Shown: positions 38,618-52,446 of the stretch, in pieces
Position numbering within the stretch: the stretch's first letter is position 1
Layout of the letters: every line of letters starts with the position of its first letter
NCBI RefSeq assembly: GCF_006345805.1
Contig: NC_043015.1
Coordinates: 13,516,001 to 13,580,000 of the forward strand
Origin: Octopus sinensis
Lineage: Eukaryota
Length of the DNA: 64,000 nt
Direction of reading: 5' to 3'
Position numbers and translations under genes: made by a program
The notes under the pieces: generated by a model
Databases searched by the model: none
The model's input: only the letters and a program-made list of their open reading frames with translations
Told to the model about the DNA's origin: nothing

Positions 38618-38769
38618 TCAAATGTCTTAGCAAGTCCCTATAATCAATTAGTTCCTTCGTTGTGCTTTGGTATATCAGCCATCATTGCCGGATGTTTTGC
38701 TCTCATTCTGCCGGAAACACTAAACAGGCATCTTCCCGATGATATTGCAGAAGCAGAAAATCAAGAAAG
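38618..38769 (+). CDS. SLC22-like exon (152 bp): SNVLASPYNQLVPSLCFG...LILPETLNRHLPDDIAEAENQE
   Basis: ttacag acceptor, gttagt donor. Contains TM12 and the 'LPET...LP' motif. Confidence 0.93.
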
Positions 38770-38839
38770 GTTAGTTATCGACAAATTGTTTCATATTTAC
38801 ATTGGGGAAGAACCATCTTAGCTATTTAATAACATAGAA

Positions 38840-38982
38840 AATCGTTTATATTTACTTTTCTTATGTCTTTAGGTGTCGAGATGTAACGGAAACATTTCTG
38901 CTGCAACTGTTGAATCGTTTATATTTACTTTTCTTATGTCTTTAGGTGTCGAGATGTAACGGAAACATTTCTGCTGCAACTG
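38840..38982 (+). repeat. Tandem duplication (70 bp identical, period 73) containing a splice-acceptor-like site
   Basis: Copies at 38840-38909 and 38913-38982, each with TTTACTTTTCTTATGTCTTTAG. Confidence 0.95.
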
Positions 38983-40131
38983 CAGTTACTAGCGAGTTTC
39001 TATAGGCGTGTTTGTTTTTTATTATTATATCATTCTGAGTCATACGGGTCTGGCGTATAACTGCTTAACCTTTAACATGTGTCACCGTTAGTATATTTTA
39101 GGCTCAATACTTCTGCTTGTCTATATATTTGTACTTTTATTAGTGACATTCGTACTGTGGTCTATAAAATATAAATATGCCAAAAATTGATGTTCAATAG
39201 TTGTAGAGGAATGTGTCAAAGACCAGGTCACAAATGTGGACCGAAGATTTTGACATGCCAAAAAATAAAAGAAAGGAGATATGAAATTTGAGTTATTCAT
39301 AAATGGCAAAGATGACTCTTCTAAGATGCGATTACTTCACTTTTAGCACAGAGTCTCAGTTCAGATATGTCATATTTTCTTTCTGAAATTATTAAATGGG
39401 CTTCCGTGAGTTGTTATTGTTTGGTTCCATATCATCCCGGATTAAGCAGACTTAACGTCAAAGACATTCCTGATGCGCTTTTTTTTCTTTTTTTCTAAAA
39501 TAGTGTTCAGGACTACATTATCCAATGTGCATTTCCTATTTTAAGGCGACAGAATGTGATTTGATGGATATTTGTCTATTATTAGAGCAAGTCGAGTGAC
39601 AATACAGAAACTATTTCGTTCGTTCAAGCGATCGTTTTTGCTTGTCACTGTAATACCTAAGAAGAAGAAGTGTGCAGTAAAATACATTAATTATCAGTAT
39701 ATTACTGATATATTCTTTAAACGAATCCGGATGTATGAGCATTAATTCAATTTGAAAAGGTTTTGAAATCCAACCTCACGGGCTGATTTCGATCACTACC
39801 AAGATATTTCTTCTAACATTCTACCAAGTTTCAGCAATGGAGTAGCCATTCACCTGTAGTGAATTGTGTTATAGTATTTCTTGAGGTTTTTTTTTAGTTT
39901 TTTAGTGTTTCTGACATTATTGTATCTAATCAGTCTTCAGTTACCACAACACACAACAATTTCGGAGTTGTCCCCCTTGCAATTTTAACAAGAATTACAA
40001 GTAACGCCAATGATTTTTCGCTTTATTACTGGCGTATTTTAATTAAAACCTTTTTCGGATTCATAATGTTATGTTAGCTATATATAACATAAGAACTTAC
40101 CCTATTTTCTCACAAGTGCCAGATGCCATCC

Positions 40132-40199
<68 letters not shown>

Positions 40200-40254
40200 C
40201 TTTCTCACAGGTGCCAGATAGCTTGCTCTGTGAGGAAAGTGTTTTTTTCTTGCT

Positions 40255-40750
40255 ATTTGGTCACCCTGCAGGATTAAATACAAGACCTGCCAAAGGGCGG
40301 ATGAACTCTAAAGAGCCAACGACCATCCAAATAAGCAATTGTCATTACTCGTTATGCTGCTTATTAGGCCCTTACCCGCTTAAGACAGCAGCGATAAATA
40401 ACAACTCCGCTGCCTTGCGATAATACCCACTTAAGGGAAAGGCTTCGGGAGTAAACCCCCCAGGATAAATCAGGAGTCCCTAAGGCAGTTCGGTGTTGTA
40501 GACAACTTCGTTCTGGCATCTCCTGCAACCCCACTGGTGCTAAGTTGTACTGACTCCTGTCTTTCCCTTGGATAACACTGGTGGCGATGGAGAAAGAAGA
40601 CGTGTCGCATGGGCAATTGCCGATCTCCCACGAAAAACTGCTCAGGCCTGCTCCCTGGAGAGGACACTCCAGCGCCATCTAACCGCGACGGCAAAACATG
40701 GAAAGCAGCATCGGCAGCTGACACGATTTCTTTGACCGCAGATCGGATGC
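40255..40750 (+). mobile_element. Non-coding element resembling an RTE-LINE 5' region, ending in (TAC)n
   Basis: GC-rich island with 'GGAGTCCCTAAGGCAG' and 'GGCCTGCTCCCTGGAGAGGACACTCCAG', which I recall from RTE-type 5' UTRs (unverified). (TAC)n tail at 40752-40809. Confidence 0.4.
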
Positions 40751-40777
40751 TTACTACTACTACTACTACTACTACTA

Positions 40778-40809
<32 letters not shown>

Positions 40810-41737
40810 TGCAATACAAAATTATAACTAAATATTTCGTAACTTCTCATCTTCACTACTTACTCCAGTAAATACTTAGTGAGCTAATGAGAAAGTTAAT
40901 GCGTGAGTGCACGATCTAGTATAATCAGGAGCGAAATCTCATCCAAATCACTTTCTACCATCTTAAAGAAAGGAGAGCACGTTAGTCAATGTAATCTAAT
41001 ACATATTATCTCTAAAACAAGGATGGGTCTGTCACAGCTGGAAAACCACTGATCGTAAGACTGCTCGATCAGGGCGGTCTAGAAGGACTAAGCAACAAAA
41101 TTACTTTATTCACCTGCTTACAATGGTGTTTTCGGAACCTAGCAACGTATAACAAAAGTTGAACCATTCCATCAGAGGGTATCTTAGAGAAATTTGAAAA
41201 AGCATTTTAAGTTTAGTGATAGCTTGTTCATTGAAATTAACTATTGTAAATAGCATTAAAGTCGTCCATTTATGGCTCTACATAGAGACTATATCTTCAC
41301 GCAATGTCAAAAATATGATAGGATTATATTTCAAAGAAAGATTTATATAGACAGCTATAGAGAAACAAAAAGAAAAGCAGATATTTTATCAGAATATGTC
41401 AGTGAGTATACTAAGGCGGAAATTGTGAAGATAAGTTTCAGAAGGATGCAAAGCGACCACCTACAGTGCAACACTTGAGTGTATTTTGTTTATGCACACA
41501 CATTTATACTGACACACTTAATATATATGAATGTAAATACATATATAAGTATGCATGTATATGAATATAGATACGTATTATATATATATATACAGATTTA
41601 CACACGTACTTCTCTCTTTTTCACATACATATATGTGTGTATATTTATCTATATATAAGAGTGTGTGTATGCGTGTGTGTATGCGTGTGTGTGCGCGCGT
41701 TTGTATGTATGTATGTATGTATATTCTTTTATTGTTT

Positions 41738-41920
41738 TACTTGTTTCAGTCATTTGACTGCTGCCATGCTGGAGCACCGCCTCGAAAGGTTTTACTTGAA
41801 CGACCAGACTTTCTTTTTTTAAGTCTAGTACTTATTCTGTCGGTCACTTTTGTCAAACCGCTGATTTACGGAGGCGTAAACACACCAACACCGCTTATCA
41901 AGCTGTGATGGGAGACACAA
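41738..41920 (-). mobile_element. SINE family B, 3' half
   Basis: TTTTACTTGTTTCAGTCATTTGACTG...GTAAACACACCAACACCG. Confidence 0.8.
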
Positions 41921-41940
41921 ATAAAACATAGAAATAATAC

Positions 41941-42003
<63 letters not shown>

Positions 42004-42599
42004 AATATGATGAACGGATGTCAATATATTCATTTATAACAATTGTTTTAAACGTTCGTACACCAAATTGTTCACTATTACACAATGTACAGGACATCCT
42101 TCTCTTTTCTTCAGTACTTTTGATCTGGTGTATCAAAAGATATCCAAATAAGCAATTGATTGCCGAATCTTGGCCTCAATTATCCTCAATAAGTGATTAT
42201 TCTTCGTTACAATGAGTGATGAGAGATATGACGGTTGTACTTTCACTAAGTACTTTAATATTTATGCGAAGTATATACATCAGTGAATAGTATATACACC
42301 AATGAGAAGTATATACACCAGTGAATAGTTAACGTAATATCAGTTCATCTTTTCAATGGTGTCACGATCCTTCATTCCGTTTCCCCCTATCAAAAAATAA
42401 TCTTTGTTGTCGATGTGATTAGTCAAAAACAAATAACAATTATTAATATATTTACGGTTTATATGTGTGTTTGTGTGTGTGTGTGTATTGATGGAACACA
42501 TGTGTGTATATATATGAGAGCTGGGAAGTATGGGTTTCTATTGTCAAATAAAGTTTTAGACTAATTTACTTACGACTGTTTTTCTTATTTTTCTTTCAG

Positions 42600-42699
42600 T
42601 GAAGGATCGTCTATCCTTGACAAACGAACGCTGTCACTGTCTGAACAAGGAAACCACGTCCAGTATACAGAATTGAAAACCTTTGACAACAAAGTTTGA
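42600..42699 (+). CDS. Probable terminal coding exon of the SLC22-like gene: (S)EGSSILDKRTLSLSEQGNHVQYTELKTFDNKV*
   Basis: Strong pyrimidine tract ttttcttatttttctttcag. Phase 2 matches the preceding donor; gives a hydrophilic C-tail ending in TGA. The tail is not conserved, so the assignment rests on splice signal and phase only. Confidence 0.7.
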
Positions 42700-42762
42700 A
42701 TGATTTCATCCATCGAACGAGTGCTATCTTTTACTTATTTTACTTTCTATTATTACCCTGAA

Positions 42763-42768
42763 AATAAA
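42763..42768 (+). terminator. Candidate polyadenylation signal AATAAA
   Basis: First AATAAA after the predicted stop (64 nt downstream). AATAAA is common in AT-rich DNA. Confidence 0.3.
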
Positions 42769-42900
42769 GGGCGATGAACTGACAGAATCGTTAGAGCTTC
42801 GGACAAAATACTTTGTGACGTTTGTTCTAGTTCTTTACGTTCTCGCCGAGGTCAGCTTAGCCTTTCATCTGTCCATAGTCGATAGAAATAAATTACTAGT
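42768..42900 (+). mobile_element. SINE family A (degraded) just after the predicted stop codon
   Basis: AGGGCGATGAACTGACAGAATCG head and CCGAGGTCAGCTTAGCCTTTCATC core. Confidence 0.7.
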
Positions 42901-43929
42901 TCAGTGGTGGAGTTTATTTTTAACGACTATTTAAACGACTAAACGCAATTTTGCGATCTTGTGCCTATAACAGATATCATTATTACCTTTAAAATATAAC
43001 AGGAAATAAGAATAAAATACATCGAAAGAACTCTAAAAATTTAAATTATTCTACTGATCCTCAAAAACAAAAAGAAGATACTATTACACTTGTTTCTAGT
43101 CCTGTTCTTGTTATTTTTTAACAAACGATTCCTTTAGATATGTGATAAAACTAGTTCCCTGTATAACTCCGATGAACTCCCACAACACAACAACGCAAAT
43201 AATAATCATACTAGCTAGTCTAAATTTATTGAATAAGTTTTAATAAAAATAAATCTTCATCTTGATCGTCTAGTTCTTTGATCATATTCTTCATCAGACC
43301 ATTAGTAAACATTTCCATCGCTCTTTAACAAAGTGACTTTTACCAAAGTGGCAAAGCATAAACATTAGATTTCAGTAATCTAAAAGCAAAGCAAAAATGT
43401 AAAGAAAACATTATTGAACTTAGAAATATTTCTTTCAACATTATTTTGTCTTTTAGTATCCAGTCATATACAATGAACAGTATTTTTGAGGAATCTTTGG
43501 GGGTGGGGGAGTGGGATAGAATCCTAAAAAACTGATGGCAATGCTCATTTTTTTTTTCACTCTTGAATGACATAATCAGCATTTTTGTTACACTCATTAT
43601 CATGTTTTCCTTTTATTTGATCAAAAACTTTTTTGGTAATATTTATCGCCTTATTAAATAAAAATTATTTTATAAAAATATGTTTGTTTACTTTTTATTA
43701 TAGTCATTCCACAGCTCACACACCTATTGTAATGCATATGCAGTACCACCCCTGCACATCATTGGTAAATCTTTCTTTAGCAATACAGTACAATGCTATA
43801 TATATCTTCTTTTTATCTCTTCTTGTACCACTGAAACTGTTTCTGCTCCACTGATTTTGTCAAATATGTATCACTCTTTTCTGTTAATAAATCCTATATA
43901 TTAACTTTTTCAATTCTTTTTCCCCAGAA

Positions 43930-44021
<92 letters not shown>

Positions 44022-45020
44022 CTGTTTTACTTCCAGAAATTAATCTTCAGAAATCCCAAATGATCATCAAATAAATCAATCTTACTACACTATTCCTGAG
44101 AGGTCCGGCGACTGTTATAGCCTTTCTTCCTCAGTCTGAATAATAACATTAAAATTCTAGTCGAACCCCATCAAGTGGAGAAGGCTTCCTGTTCAGCTGA
44201 ACATGTACGCCATAAACGTGACATACTTAAAATGTTTCTAATAATATCCAAAAAGTGTACACATTTTCGGTTACACTTTCCCTGTTTATCCCGATATTAA
44301 GTCTAGTCAAAAGGAACTCTTTCCCTTTGTATGTGTAAGAACATCAGAGAGTAAAGAAGGCAAGCTGTAATTTGGTTTCAGTGTTTAGTTTCATTTCTGT
44401 TGTAAAAAACCTGAGCTTCGCATAGTCATATAACATCTCCTCTTTTAAACTAACAACTGCGTACGTAAATTGTTTATATTTCTGAAAAGAAAAGAAAGGA
44501 TGCGAAGTTGGCACATACTAAAATAGGCCAGATTTTATCACAGTATCTTGTGAGTTAAAATTACTGCTCTTCAGTCTGCTCTACCTTCACGTATTTTCCC
44601 TTTCCTTTTCATCTGAAGCTGGTGAAATAAATATACTGATATAGATAATATAATAATATACTGATATACATAGTACACTGCGAAATTAGTCTTAATCTGT
44701 GAAAGAGAATATTTCTACACAAAATACAAGATTTCTATATAATATTATAGAAATTTCTTTTAATCAATGAAAGATCACAAATATATAGATTTTTCACAAC
44801 TTGAGAGTGGTAAACCTAATCCAAGATTTCATTTATTAGAATCCTATACAACGACAATCGTATACACCAGTTTATATATATTATATATATATATATATAT
44901 ATAATATATATATATATATTATATATATATATATATATATATTACTATCCAGGCGTTTATGTAATAATAATAATTATCATTTTCATCATCATCATCATTA
45001 GCATTATTCTCTCTCTCTCT

Positions 45021-45894
<874 letters not shown>

Positions 45895-45895
45895 G

Positions 45896-46296
45896 TCTCT
45901 GCACAGCTTCTAAGGCTGGAGACGTACTATGGTGTCAGCTGTTCACTACCAGTGAACTAAGGTAACACCCCTTATTTTTTGAGCACCATCCGGAGTATTT
46001 GAGCGGTTCAAAGCAGTGCTGTTTTCTGAAAGTGCTCCACCATTATTGCAACCCTATTTGTTCCATGTACTTCTCAAGATTCTTACTATTACCAGGGCTC
46101 TGACAATTATTGGTACTACTACCACTTCTTTCAGCGACCACAACTGTTTAAACTCCCAAACTAACCTGTGATATCTATCGACTTTTCTTTCTTCCTTATC
46201 ACATGCCTTTTTGTCAGCTGGGCATGCTATATCTATAATCCAGCATCGTTTGCTTTCGTTCTCAATTAACATTATGTCTGGTTTCCTATTCTCTAT
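45896..46296 (-). mobile_element. REL-LINE 3' fragment (5'-truncated) ending in (TAA)n
   Basis: 'NRKPDIMLIENESKRCWIIDIACPADKKACDKEERKVDRY...VVPIIV.AL'; tail at 45866-45895. Confidence 0.85.
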
Positions 46297-46319
46297 CTCG
46301 TTATTATTATTATCATTAT

Positions 46320-47230
46320 ATGTTTGACTTTTGCTTTGTATTTGTACAAGTTGGCTCCAAGTCTCACTCAGAGACCTCAAGAGACAACAAGTTAGAAGTT
46401 CATGTTGGCGTTATGCCTAGGGTGTCATATATTTGGTTTTGCACATAGTATTGTTCTAGAGAATGTTTAAGATAACATAAGAAAATTATAAGTTTGTTTT
46501 AAAATTTGAAACTACATAGACAGTATTTTACGTAGGATATGGGCAGATTCTATGAGCACTATCTTTTCAATTTCTGCCATTTTGGGTTTCCTGGTATCTG
46601 AGCTAGGTAGGAATCAGCCCCTTTTGCTATCATTCCTAGGGCACCTATGACAACAGGTATTGTTTTAGTTTTGAGATTCCACATTTTGCCATTTTCTATT
46701 TCAGAATCTTTATACTTGCTCAGTTTTTGGTAGGTCTTGACATAGATTTATGTCGACTGGGCCTGAGGAGGCACGATTTTTTGTCTGAAGTCTTTCAATA
46801 TAATTTCTGGCCTATTCACATTTATTTTTCTATCAGTTTGAAGTGTGAAGTTCCAGAGGAGTGAGATGTGAACATTTTCAAGCAGCACTGGGGGTGGTTT
46901 GTGTTCCACCTGTTTTTATTAATGGGCAGGTCCAGGATTTTGCAAATTACCCAGTGTATATATTGTGCTGCTCTATCATGCCTGTTGAGATAATGTAGAC
47001 GCATGGAAGGCCATCTGTTGGAATATTCCAGTTGTGGAGTACTTCCAGCTCCTGTGTTTCGGGAAGATTTGAACCAATAGCTGCTTTTTCGAATCGAATC
47101 TGGTTCATCATTCGAGTACGTAGTCCTTAATGTTCCGGGTAACGACCGATCGGTTTGTATTTTGCGATGAGCTTGGACATTAGGTGACGGATCTGTCTTT
47201 TTAGGGTTAATTTTTTAAGACAATACCGCC
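46320..47230 (-). mobile_element. REL-LINE derivative: 5'-end-like segment fused to the endonuclease/3' end
   Basis: 'RHDRAAQYIHWVICK', 'NRPEII', 'TIPVVIGALGMI' and 'AHILRKILSM*'. 47040-47230 is homologous to the 5' start of the 48-51.6 kb element. TAA-like tail at 46297-46320. Confidence 0.75.
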
Positions 47231-47806
47231 TCCGAGTTCTCTGCATGGAAACATTGCTCCTAAGGTAGCTTCTTAAGGCTAACAGATCTGTATTCGTCTG
47301 TAGTTTTTCGTGGTGTTTTTAAATGTATGAATTGTTCACTCTGCGTTAGTTTGAAAAATAAAATATCGTTTTTTGTTTTTTGTTTTTGCTTCGTTTGTGA
47401 CACGTGTTTTCATATGCGTGTATGTGTGTCCTGTAAATTTCCCGTAGTTATGTAAACATTGGGATATGTGTATAGTCCTATGGGTATTAAAATGTATATA
47501 TCGTTGTGTAGACATTCGAGTGTATGCGTAATTACTTAATTTATGTACTTACTGTTTTGTTCCATTTATATTTTATAATTTGTAAACTTTCCGCTGTTGA
47601 TTTCCCGTGTGTGTTTCGCACATGTTTCACTGAGACATCGTGCATAGGAGACACTGTGTTTTATATGGCAGTAAAAGTTCGCCTTTGTGATTATTTTCGT
47701 TAAAATGTCGCTTCCTTCAAGTCTTCAACAGATTTCTTTATCCCATTCCACCGATTCTATTAGATTAGATTTGTTTTTGAATGGAGAGCCCAGTGTAGCA
47801 CATCCA

Positions 47807-47872
<66 letters not shown>

Positions 47873-47874
<2 letters not shown>

Positions 47875-50800
47875 TTTTAATCTGCATGTTTGTTACAGTC
47901 ACTTGCCGAGACACACCCAGTGTCTTGGGGCGAGTGAAGGATAAGAGATGCTACAGTATGATTGAAAGCTTGGGGAGGGGAGGTAGTGAAATATCTTCAT
48001 ATAATACAACACAGACGTTTAAATGGATAGGATTTTTCTAAGGATGTGGGCAGTACTTATCAATACAATCTTTTGGATTTCTCTGAGACATGGTTCTCCT
48101 GGGATCTTACCTAGATGTTTCTGACACCCCTTTTTTATTATAACTAGGGCACCTACAATAACAGGAACAGTTATCGTTTTAAGATGCTACATCTTTTGCA
48201 TTTCAATTTCCAGGTCCTTATATTTACTTAGTTGGTTAAATTCCTTGACAGATGTATTTTTTATCAGTGGTAACACTTACATCTATTAGTGTACAAGCCT
48301 CTTCTTCCCCCACCATAATAATTATGTCTGGTCGATTAGCTTGGATCGTTCTGTCAGTGTTGACTGGAAAATCCCAGAGGATAGTGAAATTTTTACTTTC
48401 AACGACTGGCTCAAGTTGTTGTTCATATCATTAAGCAGGAGTGCTGATTTTGAAGTGTTTACATATTTTCCAATGTAAACACTGTTCTGCCTTATCGTGG
48501 CGATTTTTATATTCGTTTGTGTCAGCACAGGACATCCCGAGACGAGATGGTCTATTGTTTCGTCAAATGTGTTGCAGAATCTGCATTTAGGGTCAGAACC
48601 GTTTTGAAGAACGTTAGTCTGATAATTTTTTTTTTTTTTTTTTTTTTGTGAGCAAGCTTTGGTCTTGTGCCGCCAATATGAAACTTCTCAGCCACTGATG
48701 GGTTGTTGATTGATCTACATCAGCATTTCGACTTCGAAGTATATACTGTTTATGCAGAGGCTTCTGGCTCCATCGCTCCTCAATTTGTTTCTGCCCGTTC
48801 TTTTTTGCAGTCTGCTTGATCTATTTTGCTTGTTTTGTGACAGTGGTTTCAGATTCTTCAACTATTTCAGGATCAATGTCAAATTCTCTTGCGAATTTTC
48901 AAGCGAATGTGACTTTTTGCTACTTTCGTGTTTGCACGCAGGTCGCAGCGTCCAGTCCTTTGTAGTAGATAAGTACTTGTTCATTGCTATTTGGGAGGTC
49001 TTATAGGACATTTCTACCTGCATCATTCCTCTTCCTCCATTACTTCTAGGTAGGTACAGACGATCAACATCTGCTTTTGGGTGATGCATGTTCTTAGAAG
49101 TTAGTATTTTTTTGTCTTCCTGTCCAAACGTTGGAGCTCTGTAAGATTCCAGTTAATGATGTTAAAACTATATTGGACTACTAGAAGTGTCAGGGTGTTA
49201 ATGGCTTCGATGTGATTTGTAGAGTTGAGTTCAGTTTTTAGTATGAGTCGTATTCTCCTGTAATATGCTTTTCTTATTTTTCCTTCATAGTAACATGTAT
49301 TTCATCTCCGTTTAATCTCAGGTGTCTGCAATTTTCTTATGGGTCAAGCTCTTTGATGGTAGTGTCGGTATCTAATTAAATGGAAGCTGTTTGTTTGGGC
49401 TTGCCTCTTACAAAAGTTACTTAAGGACACTTATCAAGGACAAAGTCCATCCCAATGTCATTGCTGAATTCTTTAACAGTTGTTAACAGCCCTACTAGCT
49501 CATCGTCATTTCTAGCAAACAGCTTCAGATCGTCCATATAAAACAGATCGTTTGTTGTTGTATTGTAAACTTTGAAGTCATACCTGGTGTTATTTAGTTC
49601 TTTTGAGAGTGGGATCAGTGCCATGCAAAAGAGTAATGAGGAGAGGGAGTCACCTTGAAAGTCGCCTTGTTTGATGTTGATGTTTATGTTAATTTGGCTC
49701 ATCCCATTACTAAAGTTTAGAAGGAGATGTGTGTTCCATTTGGCGATTGCTACCTGGTAAGAATTTGGAGATGACAAGAGAGATCTTAAATATTCCAAGG
49801 GCCTTGAGTATCCACTTATGTTGGACACTATCAAACGCTTTCTTGTAGTCTATCCATGCCATACTCAGGTTTTTCTTTTTGCTCCGGCAATTTTCTGCAA
49901 TCATTTTACTTATGAATAATTGATCTTTGCACCCATAAGAATTCTTTTTACAGCCTTTTTGAGCTTGTGGAAGGATAGATCTCTGTTCAAGGAAAGCGTA
50001 TATTCTGTCAGTTAATATGAATGTGAGGATCTTGTAGGTGGTGTTCAGACATGTTATTGTCGGTAGTTCTTTGGATTTTTGCGTCTTCAGTTTTTGGTAG
50101 AAGGTATTTTGTTCCTTCAGTCACCCAGGCAGGTATTTGCTCTGGGTTCTGGACGACATCAATTAGGGATGCAGCTAAATTTTGGTGTACGTCTGTCAGA
50201 CAATTTAGCCAGAAGTTAGGAATTCGGTCCAGTCCTGGAGTTTTCCATTTGTGAGACTTCCTAAGAACACATCTTAGCTCTTCTATTCCTATTGTCTTCC
50301 ATTTCAACTTCATTCAGTCTCACTTTCTGACGCTCTATCAAGTCAACTTTGGCATTATATTCTTTTTTGTTGTTCCATACCTTCTTCCAGAACTCTTCGC
50401 ATTTCCTCAGTCTTAGGTGGCTCCTTTACTTCTATCTTACTTTTGCCAATTTCCCTACAAAATTTCTTTGCATCCGTCTTGAATATCTTGTTGATAAAAT
50501 TTGATTCATTTGCCATACCTTCTAAGCCGTTGGGCTTTCAGTTGTATTCGTTGTTTCAATTGTTCCTTGGTTGCAGAGAGGTTTATAAAACCTTTGATTT
50601 TATATTTTTGCTTGATTTTTCTAGTTCGTTTCGTCTTAACATTTACTCTTCTAGCAAGTTCATCGAGAACTGATCCATCTGCCGGCAGAGATTCTATCTC
50701 TTTTTGTATTGCTACTTTCCCCTTAAGAGGTCTATTGGTATGGTTGGTCCTTTTCTGTGTTGTCCTGATACCTAGTTGAACAGTTACAACTTTAGCAGTG

Positions 50801-51660
50801 GAATAGATGAGGTTATTTAAGGTTGTTAAATCATTTCCCTTATTAAGATCTGTCTAAGAACAGTATTATATATCATGGTTATGTTGTTTTTATGCTGTTT
50901 GAGAACTTTGACAATGGTAATCTATTGATTATGTCAATAAACTTACTGAGTTCTCTAATATCTTTTGCTTCTATGATTTTCTCTTTATTATTCACTTCAA
51001 ATCCTGTGTCATACCTATTCTGTGTTCTTGAGGTAGGTCTACTTTCTTCTCTTTTGCCGCATATCTGTTCTTCGCTATTTTTTCTTCAGCTTCCGCGTTG
51101 GGATGAACTATTCATATACTGGGTTCTATTACCTATTTCATCTGCATTGTTGCTATTTTCATGAGATATTTGTGTCCTAATTTGGCTAATTTCAGTCTTT
51201 TATTCTTAATGATGTCACTACGTACATTACTTAGTTTATTTGCATCTATATATCTGAGTGCTTCATTGCCTAGTAAGTTTTTCTATGAAATGTAAGTTTC
51301 TACTATGAGTTTATTGTTTGGGTTTAGTGGGCTGTATATAAAGCTTTCAACACATTTCTATAATCCTCTCTAGTCCATCTTATACGTCTTGCTTTAGGTG
51401 ATGTTTTTGGTGCTGTCACTACAGGCGTAGGGTTAGGGTTATCCTGGCTCGGATTACCTAGTAGATCGTTTTTTAGAGAGTTTGTTCCAGCAGCAGACTT
51501 TTCGACTCCAGTCTTGTTCTCCACTGAGTAACGAGGTCCTTGTTGTACCGGGTAATGACCGATCCGGCGTGAGTTTTGGCTTGTCACTAAGGCATTGACA
51601 GTGACAATAGGAGACGGGTCTGTTTGTTCAGAGTTGACTTTTTGACCTGACACCGTTTCC
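47873..51660 (-). mobile_element. Near-full-length degenerate non-LTR retrotransposon with RT, CCHC and REL endonuclease (R4/Dong-like)
   Basis: 'AWIDYKKAFDSV', 'FQGDSLSSLLFC', 'YMDDLKLFA', 'HPKADVDRLYLPR..GGRG', 'CRFC...ETIDHLVSGC' and 'NRPDI....LIDVSV'. Many frameshifts. 3' end abuts the (TAA)n run at 47806-47872. Confidence 0.9.
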
Positions 51661-52251
51661 TTGTTCTTTTGAGCGAGTTGTTAAGTCGACTACATCGACC
51701 CCAGTACTTAACTGATACTTATTTTATCGGACTCGAAACGATACTTCTAATTCAGCATTTCGGTATTAGCTACTTATCCTGTCTTAGGAATCTAATTCTT
51801 CCAGCTGGCAGCGCAAGGGCGGGAAATATTGTTGTTCTCAATAAGCCATGGAAACAACATCCAACGAAAGAAGAGCTTTATCCCCAGTATATCATCAACC
51901 ATTCGAGAGCGGATAAGATATGCTGGTTACTGCTCTCAAAGTAAAGATGAATTAGTGAGAGAGCTCCTTCTGTAGATCACGAGTCATGGGAATTCTCATG
52001 TCAGACTACCCAGAATGACGTACATTCTAATGATGTCGAGTTACAAATTGATGACTTCAAAAATGTCACGGAAGGCCAGAACGCTTGGAGAGAAAGAGTA
52101 ATTTTGGTTCGAGCAACACACCCGAAACGACAGATAGTATGGAATAGACCTAGTAACACAAACTTGCATGATTAAATAATTAAGATTCATGGCACGTGGA
52201 GGATTTGTAATGCAATTATATCAATATATAACCAACATATTTATAATAATG

Positions 52252-52446
52252 GTTTCAAATTTTGGCACAAGGCCAGCACTTTCGAGGGAAAGGAGAAGTG
52301 TTTAGCTGGTACTTATTTTATTGACTCTGGAAGGATGAAAAGCAAAGTAGACCTCGGCGGAATTTGAACTCAGAACGTAAAGTCGGACAAAATACCGCTA
52401 AGCATTTTGTCCGGCGTACCAACGATTTTGCCAGTTCGCCGCCTTA
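52252..52446 (-). mobile_element. SINE family A
   Basis: Reverse complement of head, core and A1 tail. Confidence 0.9.
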
